The position numbers were made by a program, and so were the translations under genes. From contig JAFRCK010000017.1 in assembly GCA_017404385.1 (NCBI GenBank), forward strand, positions 3,419 through 67,418: 64,000 nucleotides of DNA, read 5' to 3'. The stretch's first letter is position 1; the number at the start of each line of letters is the position of its first letter. Positions 17,741 through 27,122 of this stretch are shown piece by piece. This DNA comes from Bacilli bacterium. GTDB taxonomy: Bacteria > Bacillota_I > Bacilli_A > RF39 > UBA660. The notes under the pieces were generated by a model. That model worked only from the letters and a program-made list of their open reading frames with translations. It was not told the DNA's origin and searched no databases.

Positions 17741-18151
17741 ATGAATAATGGATTTAGCCCAATTATAAGTGAAAAGGCAATACTAGTTGTAGATGATAGT
17801 AATATTACAAGAAATCTAATAGATCATGTATATAAAGATAAATATAAAGTATTAATGGCAAATGATGGAAAAGGTGCAATGGATATAGTTGATGTTATGA
17901 AAGATTCTATTGTGGCTATTTTACTTGATTTAAATATGCCTGATGTTGATGGATTTGAAGTACTTGATTATTTTTTAGAAAATAAAATAATGGATACTAT
18001 CCCAGTATGTATAATAACTGGTGAAGATGCACCAGAAATAATAGGTAAAGTAAAAACTTACCCAGTAAGTGCAATCTTATTAAAACCATTTAGTACTGAA
18101 CAAATAAAAACTGTTGTTACTAAAGCTATGGAATTAAAAGGGATAAAGTAA
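17741..18151 (+). CDS. single-domain response regulator (CheY-like receiver)
   Basis: VVDDS acidic pocket, LLDLNMPDVDG phospho-Asp region, LLKPF conserved Lys. 3-nt gap to HPt gene. Terminator AAGCAA ttat TTGCTT + T9 at 18149-18174. Confidence 0.75.
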   Translation: MNNGFSPIISEKAILVVDDSNITRNLIDHVYKDKYKVLMANDGKGAMDIVDVMKDSIVAILLDLNMPDVDGFEVLDYFLENKIMDTIPVCIITGEDAPEIIGKVKTYPVSAILLKPFSTEQIKTVVTKAMELKGIK

Positions 18152-18218
18152 AGCAATTATTTGCTTTTTTTTTGCTTTTATGGTATAGTATTTTGCGTCA
18201 AAAAAGGGGTTGAAATAT

Positions 18219-19535
18219 ATGGCAGAATTGTCAAAAGAAAGGTTAGAATATCTATCAAGAGAATTAAAAAAGTTTAAAGACGGAATTCCTGTAAATGATT
18301 TGGCATTAAAAGTATTGGAAAAAAAGATTTCATCATTAACAAAAGAGTTTATTGATGAAGGAAATACACTTGCTTATACTACAAGTAGAAGAAAATCTCT
18401 AGAGAGCTTTATTGATAAACAAAATAGAAATAAAGAAAAAAATTTAAATATTGATTATGAAGATATGCACGATATTGTAGGAATTAGATTAGTTTGTTTA
18501 ACTTTAACTGATATGTATGAATATATTAAGTTATTAAGAAAAACTGATGAATTTGAAATTGTTGAAGAAAGAGATTATATATCTAATCCAAAGAAAAGTG
18601 GTTATAAAAGTTATCATATATTAGTTAAATATCCAGTAGTAATGGGTTCTAAAATAGAATTTATAAAAGCAGAAATCCAATTAAGAACTATATTTATGGA
18701 TATATTCGCAAGAGAGGAACATAAGATAAACTATAAAGGTGATTGTACTGAAGAAAATAAGAGAAAACTTGCAAGTTTAAGTAAGAAATTAGCGTATTAT
18801 GATTGGTCTTTAGATAATCAGTTTAAGGTTGAAAAAAAGATAAAAGAAAAAGAAAGTGAAGAAGAATTGGCACCATATAGAAGAGAATATGAAAAAGTAT
18901 CATATATATTCTATAGTGTGTTTGATAAAATCAAACCATTAATTGAAGAATCAATTAAAGATTTTAAAAATAAGGATGATGTACTACATTTTGTATACGG
19001 AATAAAACCAATTGAAAGTATTCGAAGAAAGATGATAAAAAGACATTTAGAATGTACAGCTGAAGATATGTTACAAGTTAGAGATATAGTTAGATATAAG
19101 GTTGTGTGTACTGATGAAAAAACAGCAAAGGAATATATATCAGAAATAATGAAAAAATTAGAAGAAAATCCACAAATAACAAATATTGTTACAAGTGATC
19201 GTATGGATAAACCAAAAGATTCTGGTTATAGAGGATATAAGATAAATGCAAGTTATTTAATGCCATTTGTAACTGGTGCTCCTGTAACATTTGAAATTCT
19301 TATAAGAACAATGTTTATGGATGCCTGGGCTTTACATAACGATGTAATTTTTACTGATGAAGAAGCGAAAGAAAAATATAAAGAGCCATTTAGTGGTTTA
19401 TCTGAAGCATTACACGATGCTGAATCTGCTTTGGAAATAATTAAATCAGGTAGTAAAGCTAATGCTAAAGAAAAAGAAATAAAGGTATTAGAATTAGTAA
19501 ATAAATATGATAAAAGTAAAAAAAATGAAGAATAA
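18219..19535 (+). CDS. tandem RelA/SpoT-type (small alarmone synthetase-like) nucleotidyltransferase domains
   Basis: Domain 1: RRKSLESFIDK, DIVGIR, PKKSGYKSYH, EIQLRTIFMDIFAREEHKINYK (full synthetase motif set). Domain 2: IRRKMIKR, DIVRYK, PKDSGYRGYK, EILIRTMFMDAWALH (G, H and Q positions substituted). Confidence 0.65.
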   Translation: MAELSKERLEYLSRELKKFKDGIPVNDLALKVLEKKISSLTKEFIDEGNTLAYTTSRRKSLESFIDKQNRNKEKNLNIDYEDMHDIVGIRLVCLTLTDMYEYIKLLRKTDEFEIVEERDYISNPKKSGYKSYHILVKYPVVMGSKIEFIKAEIQLRTIFMDIFAREEHKINYKGDCTEENKRKLASLSKKLAYYDWSLDNQFKVEKKIKEKESEEELAPYRREYEKVSYIFYSVFDKIKPLIEESIKDFKNKDDVLHFVYGIKPIESIRRKMIKRHLECTAEDMLQVRDIVRYKVVCTDEKTAKEYISEIMKKLEENPQITNIVTSDRMDKPKDSGYRGYKINASYLMPFVTGAPVTFEILIRTMFMDAWALHNDVIFTDEEAKEKYKEPFSGLSEALHDAESALEIIKSGSKANAKEKEIKVLELVNKYDKSKKNEE

Positions 19536-19621
19536 TGAAATGCACCCCTTGGAGTAGACATTAATAAAAAACGATTTTAAAAAATATGATAGAATACACT
19601 TCCGAAAGGAGGTGTTTTTCT

Positions 19622-19921
19622 ATGGCTTCAAAAGGACAAAAGTATGAAAAATATACTATAGAATTAACTATGGAAATATTAAGAAAACATAACGAAGAAG
19701 GAGTTCCAATAACAAGACTCGAAAAAGAATATAATATATCACAGAATACTATATATAATTGGAATAGAAAATATAGTTTACACCCTGAATTATATCCAGG
19801 TTTAGGGAAAAAACGTGGTAGGCTTAAAGAATCAAATTTAACAAAAGAAGATTGGAAAGAAAGATATGAAATATTAAAAAAATACCAGGCCTTCCTCAAG
19901 GCACAACGAGAGAAAAAGTAA
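19622..19921 (+). CDS. IS3-family transposase OrfA (HTH)
   Basis: GGAGG RBS. Helix-turn-helix N-terminal protein. Ends after A7 slippery run (19876-19882). Confidence 0.8.
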   Translation: MASKGQKYEKYTIELTMEILRKHNEEGVPITRLEKEYNISQNTIYNWNRKYSLHPELYPGLGKKRGRLKESNLTKEDWKERYEILKKYQAFLKAQREKK

Positions 19922-20757
19922 CATTTATAAATTTATATAAAAATAATTATAAACTTACTAACATGTGTGCCGTACTTAATATAAGTCCTAAAACCTATTA
20001 TAAATATAGAAATAAGGAAGATCCAGATTATTATGATTATTTAATGATAAAAGAAATATTTGATAATTCTAAGGGTACATATGGATATCGTAGGATTGTT
20101 GATGGCCTACTCCAAAAGTATGGTGTAGTTATGAATGGAAAAAAGGTATTAAGAGTAATGAAAAAATATAATTTAATGGCTGAATATATAAGGAAATCAA
20201 GGAAGAAAAATAAAAATGAGAGAATTGAAGATAATGTTAAACCAAATCTATTGAATAGAAATTTTACTACTGATGCACCAAATAAAGTGTGGGATACAGA
20301 TGTAACATATCTTATATTTAAAGGTTCAAGAGCATATTTATCAACAATAATAATAGATTTATATGATAGACATGTAGTTGCATATAAAATATCTAAACAT
20401 AATGATAATAAATTAGTTATAGATACTTTAAATGAAGCTTTATCAAAAGAAAAAGATGTACATGGATTGATCATTCACAGTGATCAGGGATTCCAATATA
20501 CATCTTTTGAGTACAAAGTTATTTGTGAATCAAACGGAATACAAATTTCTATGGCTAGAAAAGGAAATCCAATTGATGACTCTCCTATAGAGAGTTGGCA
20601 TCCACTTCTTAAGAAAGAAACTTTGTACAACAATAATATTACATCTTTACAAGAATATATTCAACTTGTAGAAGAATGGATATTATTTTATAACACAAAT
20701 AGATTAAAGTCAAAAGTTAAGAAAAAGAGAAAAACTTATACAAAAAGAGAAAAGTAA
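19880..20757 (+). CDS. IS3-family transposase OrfB (DDE integrase core), expressed as OrfAB by -1 frameshift
   Basis: -1 frame open from the A_AAA_AAA heptamer through HSDQGFQYTS (rve domain) to 20757. Track ORF 19963 is the internal Met. Confidence 0.75.
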
Positions 20758-20912
20758 TTTTTTCTCTTTTTAATATAATCGCTTTTTATTAATGTCTACT
20801 ATTTAGGGTTCACATCATAATTCTTCATTTTTTTATTCCCAAAATTTCACATAATTTTTACATAATGATTTTTATTTTTTTTATTATGATATTTAACAAG
20901 AGGAGGGATATT

Positions 20913-21611
20913 ATGGCTATAACCATAATAGATAGAATGGAACAAAAATACTTTATTAGTTTTGATAAGTATAAAGAGCTTATGGATAGAATAGAGGATA
21001 AACTCGTTAAAGATAAGTATTTTGATGAAAGGATATATAATATTTATTTTGATAATGATGAATATGAGTTCATAGTTAAATCTCTTGATAAACCTTTATA
21101 TAAAGAAAAGGTTAGATTAAGAAGTTATTCTGAAGCTAAAGAAGGAATTAATGTATTTTTAGAAATAAAGAAGAAGTTTAAAGGACATGGTAATAAAAGA
21201 AGAGTTGTTATTGATTATAATGATGCGATAAATTATATTAATAATAAAGTTATACCTAATACCAATAAACAAATTATGAGTGAACTAGATTATACATTTA
21301 AGAAGAATAATTTAAAACCTAAAATTAGTTTAACATATGATAGATTATCTTATGCATTTAAAGAAGATGAATCATATAGAGTAACATTTGATACAAATAT
21401 TAGATATAGTAATAAAAAACTAGATCTAGTTAATATAGATGATGAAGATTCACTATTTAATGATGGATATATTATGGAAGTTAAAACTTTAAAGGGATAT
21501 CCCAATTGGTTTTCTAAAGTATTAAATGAACTAAAAATATATCCTACTTCATATTCAAAAGTAGGTGAAGCTTATAAAAAATTAAAAGAAAGGAATGAAT
21601 TATATGTTTAA
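20913..21611 (+). CDS. VTC/CYTH-like triphosphate-tunnel domain protein (putative)
   Basis: MEQKYFISF..., VRLRSY, FLEIKKKFK, GNKRRV alternating basic beta-strand pattern. AGGAGG RBS before ATG 20913. Confidence 0.4.
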   Translation: MAITIIDRMEQKYFISFDKYKELMDRIEDKLVKDKYFDERIYNIYFDNDEYEFIVKSLDKPLYKEKVRLRSYSEAKEGINVFLEIKKKFKGHGNKRRVVIDYNDAINYINNKVIPNTNKQIMSELDYTFKKNNLKPKISLTYDRLSYAFKEDESYRVTFDTNIRYSNKKLDLVNIDDEDSLFNDGYIMEVKTLKGYPNWFSKVLNELKIYPTSYSKVGEAYKKLKERNELYV

Positions 21612-22266
21612 TAGTATTATAGGTGATAGTTTAACTTTTTCCTCAGCAAGTATATGTATTATTACTTCTATTATATTAGGTATTTTTATATCATTTGTAC
21701 ATATGAAAACTACTAAATATAATAAAAACTTTATAGTATCCTTATCAGTTATGCCATTAATAGTAAGTATGATTATTATTATGGTAAATGGTAATTTAGG
21801 AACATCCGTTGCGATTGTAGGTGCTTTTTCTCTAATTAGATTTAGAAGTATACCAGGTAATTCAAAAGAAATAATATCAGTATTTCTAGCTATGTCTATT
21901 GGTCTTGCAATAGGTATGGGACAAGTAGTATTTGCTTCTTTAGTAACACTAGTAACTGGTTTAATACTATTATTATTAACTTATTCTAAATTTGGTAATG
22001 AAGAAACAAAATATAAAACACTTGATATACTTATTCCAGAAGATTTAGATTATGATACAGTATTTGATAAAGTATTAAAAAAATATACTGAAGTATTTGA
22101 AATAATAAAAGTAAAAACATCTAATATGGGTAGTTTATATGAATTGAAGTATAAAATAGAAATGAAAAAAAATATTTCTGAAAAGAAATTTATAGATGAA
22201 TTAAGAGTTTTAAATGGAAATTTAAAAATAAGTATAAGTAAAGCTGAAACGGAGGAGATGTTATAG
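21604..22266 (+). CDS. membrane protein, DUF4956-like (N-terminal 4 TM + C-terminal soluble domain)
   Basis: Architecture and position downstream of a VTC-like gene. Not motif-verified. Confidence 0.35.
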   Translation: MFNSIIGDSLTFSSASICIITSIILGIFISFVHMKTTKYNKNFIVSLSVMPLIVSMIIIMVNGNLGTSVAIVGAFSLIRFRSIPGNSKEIISVFLAMSIGLAIGMGQVVFASLVTLVTGLILLLLTYSKFGNEETKYKTLDILIPEDLDYDTVFDKVLKKYTEVFEIIKVKTSNMGSLYELKYKIEMKKNISEKKFIDELRVLNGNLKISISKAETEEML

Positions 22267-23498
22267 TGAAAAATAAAAGTATAACTATATTAATAATAGT
22301 GTTATTAATATTAATTGGAGGAATAACTACTTATTTAGTATTCTTTAATAATAAGGTAGATGATACAAAAATAGAAGATACAAAGACTGAAACTAAAACA
22401 GATACTAAAACAGATACTACATCAACAGATAAATATGATTTTAGTAGTTATGAGACTAGTGATATAGATTTAAATAAAGAAAGTAAATTATCTATTACAA
22501 AACAAGGTGTTTATAATTTATCAGGTACATTAAATGGTTATATTGAAATAAATACTGAAGAAAACGTGGTACTTTCTTTTAAAAATGTAACTATTAATAA
22601 TACAAGTGGACCTTGTATAAATGTAGTTAACGCTAAAAATGTATATATTAAATTAGAAGGAGAAAATACTCTTACAGATGGATCTAATTATACTGGATTT
22701 GAAGAAGCTGATGCCTGTATTTATAGTAAAGATGATCTAATTATATATGGAGATGGAATACTAAATGTAAATGCTAATTATGGTGATGGAATTGTATCTA
22801 AAGATGATTTAGAAATAAATTCAGGTACTTTTAATATTATTTCTAAAGATGATAGTATTAAAGGTAAAGATTCAGTATCTATAGAAACAGGTACATTTAA
22901 TATTAAAGCTGGTGGAGATGGTATTAAAACTACTAATGAAGAAGATATAAATAAGGGAATTATTACAATTAATGGAGGAGATATAACTATTAATAGTACA
23001 ACAGATGGTTTTGATTCTACAAATAAAATAATAATTAATAATGGTAATATAAGTATTGATTCAGGTGATGATGGAATACACGCAGATGGGTATATAGAAA
23101 TAAATAATGGAACTATAAATATATCAGGAGCAGAAGGAATAGAATCTACTACTATTAAAATAAATGATGGTACCATCAACATATCTGCATCAGATGATGG
23201 AATTAATTCCGGTAACAAAAGATCTGATTATCAAGTATTAACTGAAATAAACGGAGGAAATATAACAATAAAAATGGCACAAGGAGATACAGATGGAATA
23301 GATTCAAATGGTGATTTAACAATTACTGGTGGAACTATAAATATAACAGGTCAATCTGCATTTGATTATGATGGAACAGCTACATATACTGGAGGTACAT
23401 TAATTGTTAATGGTGAAGAAATACATGAATTAACTAATCAGATGATGGGACCAGGAGGTATGGGACCAGGAGGAATGAACGGTCAAAGAATGAGATAA
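22266..23498 (+). CDS. signal-anchored secreted protein with about 22-aa parallel beta-helix-like repeats (Cthe_2159-like carbohydrate-binding family?), GPGGM C-terminal repeats
   Basis: GTG start with GGAGGAG RBS. N-terminal TM. Repeats of the form NGGxITIxS..DGIxS. Terminator 23497-23526 shared with convergent gene. Confidence 0.5.
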   Translation: MKNKSITILIIVLLILIGGITTYLVFFNNKVDDTKIEDTKTETKTDTKTDTTSTDKYDFSSYETSDIDLNKESKLSITKQGVYNLSGTLNGYIEINTEENVVLSFKNVTINNTSGPCINVVNAKNVYIKLEGENTLTDGSNYTGFEEADACIYSKDDLIIYGDGILNVNANYGDGIVSKDDLEINSGTFNIISKDDSIKGKDSVSIETGTFNIKAGGDGIKTTNEEDINKGIITINGGDITINSTTDGFDSTNKIIINNGNISIDSGDDGIHADGYIEINNGTINISGAEGIESTTIKINDGTINISASDDGINSGNKRSDYQVLTEINGGNITIKMAQGDTDGIDSNGDLTITGGTINITGQSAFDYDGTATYTGGTLIVNGEEIHELTNQMMGPGGMGPGGMNGQRMR

Positions 23499-23523
23499 AA
23501 AAGTGGTAATTATTTACCACTTT

Positions 23524-24030
23524 TTAATGTTCATTAGAATGAGTAAAATAACCATTTATTAATTCTTTACTTTGATTAATACTAATAAATGCATTAATAT
23601 CAACAGAGTTAATTAGACTAATTAATTCATTCTTTCGTTTATTATTAATAAAAGAATAAACTATATAAATATTTGTCCCATATAATCCATGTGCATTTAT
23701 TATAGAACCTGAATATCTATGCTCTTTTAATATATCAAACACTTCATTTTTATTGGTTATAATTTGAACAAGTAATTTCTTTTTAGATAATTTAGTAGTT
23801 AATAAAGAAGCAAGATATGTTCCAATAGAATAACCGGCTGCGTAACTAATTGCGATTAGTATTTCATTTTTATCATCTAGCGCTAATTTAATTATTAAGA
23901 ACCAAATAATAATTTGAACAAAACTAAGTATAGAACTCATTATTCTTTTTTCATCTATTAATAGTATTGTAGATATAGTGGATGTAAAAGCTTCAATTGT
24001 TTTTAATAAAAGTATAAGTATAAATAACAT
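23524..24030 (-). CDS. small membrane protein with DUF2179-like C-terminal domain (YitT-family fragment architecture)
   Basis: 3 TM helices then ...INAHGLYG...DINAFISI pattern. GGTGA RBS. Confidence 0.4.
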   Translation of the reverse strand: MLFILILLLKTIEAFTSTISTILLIDEKRIMSSILSFVQIIIWFLIIKLALDDKNEILIAISYAAGYSIGTYLASLLTTKLSKKKLLVQIITNKNEVFDILKEHRYSGSIINAHGLYGTNIYIVYSFINNKRKNELISLINSVDINAFISINQSKELINGYFTHSNEH

Positions 24031-24103
24031 ATAATCACCATTATTAGTTTTTTATTTATTTAAAAAAATATTCTAATATGTTAGAATATTTTTAGGTGAT
24101 TTT

Positions 24104-24931
24104 ATGAAATTAAAAGTAAATAATTTTAATTTAAAAGATACTGTTACTTGTGGTCAAATATTTAGATTTGAAGAAGAAGTAGATAATTCTTATACAGTTA
24201 TTCTTTCTGATAGAGTAATTAATATAAAACTAGTGGGAAATGAATTAGTAGTAAAATCATCTGATGAAAATAATTTAGAAAAAGTAATAAGAAATTATTT
24301 TGATTTAGACTATGATTATGAAATAATAAATAAAGAATTGTTAAAAATAGATTCAAGTAATAAAAGTATAATTGATTCATGTAAAGGTTTAAAAATGATT
24401 AATGAACCTATATTTGAAACAATAATTAGTTATATAATTTCTTCTAATAATAGAGTTCCACAAATTAAAAAAGCATTAGATAATATATCTAAAACTTATG
24501 GAAAAAAAGTAGTTTTTAATAATAAAGAATATTATTTGTTTCCAAGTTTAGAAGAGATAAGTAATTGTGATATTAATACACTTAGAAATTGCAAGGTAGG
24601 TTTTAGGGATAAATACATTTATGAATTTATTAATAAAGTAAAGAATAATGAATTTGATATTAATAGAATTATAGAAATGAATAGTGAAGATGCACTAGAA
24701 TACTTAAAAACTCTTAATGGAGTAGGAGATAAAGTGGCTTCATGTATTTTATTATTTGCTTATCATAGATTTGATGTATTTCCAATTGATACATGGGTAA
24801 AAAAATATATGAAAGATAAGTATAATATTGAAGGAGTTAATAAAATACAAGATTTTGTGTATAAAAAATATAGAAATTATTCAGGTATAGTTATTCAATA
24901 TATGTTTCATTATAAAAGAAATAAGAATTAA
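24104..24931 (+). CDS. 8-oxoguanine DNA glycosylase (Ogg, HhH-GPD superfamily)
   Basis: OGG_N-like LKDTVTCGQIFRFEE and HhH-GPD LKTLNGVGDKVASCILLFAYHRFDVFPIDTWV with catalytic K and D. Confidence 0.7.
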   Translation: MKLKVNNFNLKDTVTCGQIFRFEEEVDNSYTVILSDRVINIKLVGNELVVKSSDENNLEKVIRNYFDLDYDYEIINKELLKIDSSNKSIIDSCKGLKMINEPIFETIISYIISSNNRVPQIKKALDNISKTYGKKVVFNNKEYYLFPSLEEISNCDINTLRNCKVGFRDKYIYEFINKVKNNEFDINRIIEMNSEDALEYLKTLNGVGDKVASCILLFAYHRFDVFPIDTWVKKYMKDKYNIEGVNKIQDFVYKKYRNYSGIVIQYMFHYKRNKN

Positions 24932-26001
24932 TTCTTATTTTTTTTAATTTTTATATTTGAAATTAATAATAATATTATTATGGGAATAAAAAATATGAAT
25001 ATAAAGTATTTCATCATAAAATTGGAACCTATGGTCGTATTATTAAATAATACTAATGAAGTTATAAAACTAATAATTATTATAAAACCAAATATTTTTT
25101 TATTATATTTATTAATATAATTAAGATATTCTTTAATAAAGAATAATGATAAAACAGTTGATATAAATATTGAGTACAACCATTCAATTGTAGATAAATT
25201 TTCAATATGTTGAATAAAGTCAAAGAAATTTACTTTTTTCATTAGAGTATATTCTGGATAACTTAAAATTCTAGCTAAATCTATGCCAAATACACCTATT
25301 ATAAAAATAAATAATAATAGAAAATTAATAATAGTTATTATATAAAAAATAATTATAGTTTTTGATAGTTTATTTGACTCATATATTTCATTTTTTGGTA
25401 TTACTAATAACATAAATGTAGGTGAAACAAAATATGATGTAAATAATATTGAATCTTTAATTATTTTAATTATAGGGGTATTAAACCAAGGTTTTAAATT
25501 ATTAATTTCTATAGAAGAATATAAATTTAGAATTGAAAAGAGAATTATAAAAACAGTTACTAAAAAAACAGATATTGATACCTTAGATATGGTTTTCATA
25601 TTTAATGATGCACACCATACAGCTGGTATTAAGAATAATAAAATTATAATAAAACTAGGTGTAGAATCTAAATATTTATTTTGCACATAAGTGTTAATAC
25701 TCCAAAGAGAATATATAAAATAAAATGTAAATATAATTACTAAAAAAACATTAATGATTTTACCATAAGATCTAAATAATTTATCGTTCTTTTTAAATAG
25801 ATTTAAATCTTTTTCAAAATTAAAATATCTAATAATAAAGAATAGTATTATCATAGATAATAATCCACCTAATAATATAGAATAAATACTACCATTACCA
25901 GATCCATTTAATAATTGATTTAACCCAGTATGTAGAAACATAGTCTGTGATATAAAAAATATAATTGAAGAAAAACCAATTCTACTTATTTTAGTGTTCA
26001 T
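24928..26001 (-). CDS. spore germinant receptor B subunit (GerAB/GerKB family permease)
   Basis: 10-TM APC-like protein, third gene of gerA-type operon. AAAGGAG RBS. Confidence 0.65.
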   Translation of the reverse strand: MNTKISRIGFSSIIFFISQTMFLHTGLNQLLNGSGNGSIYSILLGGLLSMIILFFIIRYFNFEKDLNLFKKNDKLFRSYGKIINVFLVIIFTFYFIYSLWSINTYVQNKYLDSTPSFIIILLFLIPAVWCASLNMKTISKVSISVFLVTVFIILFSILNLYSSIEINNLKPWFNTPIIKIIKDSILFTSYFVSPTFMLLVIPKNEIYESNKLSKTIIIFYIITIINFLLLFIFIIGVFGIDLARILSYPEYTLMKKVNFFDFIQHIENLSTIEWLYSIFISTVLSLFFIKEYLNYINKYNKKIFGFIIIISFITSLVLFNNTTIGSNFMMKYFIFIFFIPIIILLLISNIKIKKNKN

Positions 26002-27121
26002 ATTTTTCTCCTTTACTTGAATTACTTATTTCACCTTTTCTAGAAATATTAATATTTATTTTTGTTTCTAAATTATATTTTTCATTATTATAATTTGGAT
26101 AATCTAAATAAATAATTCTTTTTAGTCCTAAGAACTCACTATCTGTTTTTACATCTAAAACTTTGTTTATATAATCTTTTATTTTATTATTAGTTAATTT
26201 TTCTAATTCTGTAATTGTTTCTTCATTTATTTCTTTTTTACAATTGTATTCATTTATATTAGCATTTCCTTCTATATAAAAATTAATAATGAATTTATTA
26301 TTACTTTTATTAACATTTGATTTTGTTTTGCTACTAAGAATTGAGATAGATGCATAATTATTATCATCACATTTAACTGGTACAATCATTTGATCAATCT
26401 TATTCATAAGAAAATTATAGCCAATTGTTTCATCATTATCTAAATATTTTTCTAGTTTTCCATCTTTAGTAATAGCGATGTTGCTAAGTTCAATTCTTGT
26501 TTTAGGACTTGTCGTTTCACTATTATTAATAGTTGTTCCTTTATTATTAAAGTTTTCTACTTCAATTACGGATACCACTGGATCTATATATTTTTTTAAA
26601 TAAAAAGATAGAAATTCATCTAATTTAGAGGAATAGGTTAATGCACTTTCAATAGAAGAGTTTTCAATTGCGTTAGAAACATAATCAGCTGGAGTTGATC
26701 CATTTGTTAATACTTTTATTACATCTAAAGCCTGAATTCCTTTTGATATTGTGATAGTGAACTCGTCTTTTATTTCAGGTAATCTTTGAAATAAATCGAT
26801 TACATTAATAATCCCTTCTTTAGCAATTTCTTCAGATAAAACAAGTTTACTTAAATGTCCACCATATAGCTTTTTGTCAGCTGTATTAGTCATTTTCCTT
26901 AATGCTTCTTCTATAGTTGAACCGGTAGATTCAAACACAATTACTTTACTAGATTCAGATTCTTTTTCATCTTTTATATTCATAACTTGGGCACCAATTA
27001 AATATTTATCTTCTTTTTTATCAATAGAGATTGAAGAAACTATTCCAAGTTTATTTAATTCTTTATAGTTATAACAACCTGTTAATAATAATATAAATAT
27101 TATTGTTATTATCTTTTTCAT
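25991..27121 (-). CDS. spore germinant receptor C subunit lipoprotein (GerAC/GerKC family)
   Basis: Signal peptide + lipobox LLTGC. 376 aa. AAAGGAG RBS. Confidence 0.65.
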   Translation of the reverse strand: MKKIITIIFILLLTGCYNYKELNKLGIVSSISIDKKEDKYLIGAQVMNIKDEKESESSKVIVFESTGSTIEEALRKMTNTADKKLYGGHLSKLVLSEEIAKEGIINVIDLFQRLPEIKDEFTITISKGIQALDVIKVLTNGSTPADYVSNAIENSSIESALTYSSKLDEFLSFYLKKYIDPVVSVIEVENFNNKGTTINNSETTSPKTRIELSNIAITKDGKLEKYLDNDETIGYNFLMNKIDQMIVPVKCDDNNYASISILSSKTKSNVNKSNNKFIINFYIEGNANINEYNCKKEINEETITELEKLTNNKIKDYINKVLDVKTDSEFLGLKRIIYLDYPNYNNEKYNLETKININISRKGEISNSSKGEKYEH

Positions 27122-27122
27122 A

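Larger units (their letters stand above)
19536..20817. mobile_element. IS3-family (IS150-group-like) insertion sequence, 1282 bp
   Basis: Termini TGAAATGCACCCC... / ...GGGTTCACATCA with 24-nt conserved core AGTAGACATTAATAAAAA(A/G)CGATT in both inverted repeats. Flanked by direct TAA (19533-19535 and 20818-20820). orfA + orfB in -1 frame. Confidence 0.8.

Noticed and set aside
19586-19963. Track start codons for IS orfA (19586) and orfB (19963)
   Set aside because: A GGAGG RBS supports ATG 19622 for OrfA. The OrfB frame is open upstream to the A7 slippery site, so 19963 is just an internal Met of the OrfAB fusion.
22266-23498. Treating the repetitive beta-helix protein genes (22266-23498, 31902-33392, 36249-38915) as DNA-level tandem repeat arrays
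   Set aside because: The repeats are degenerate at nucleotide level and show periodicity only in protein sequence (NGG.I.I motifs). They are protein structural repeats, not VNTR-like DNA repeats.
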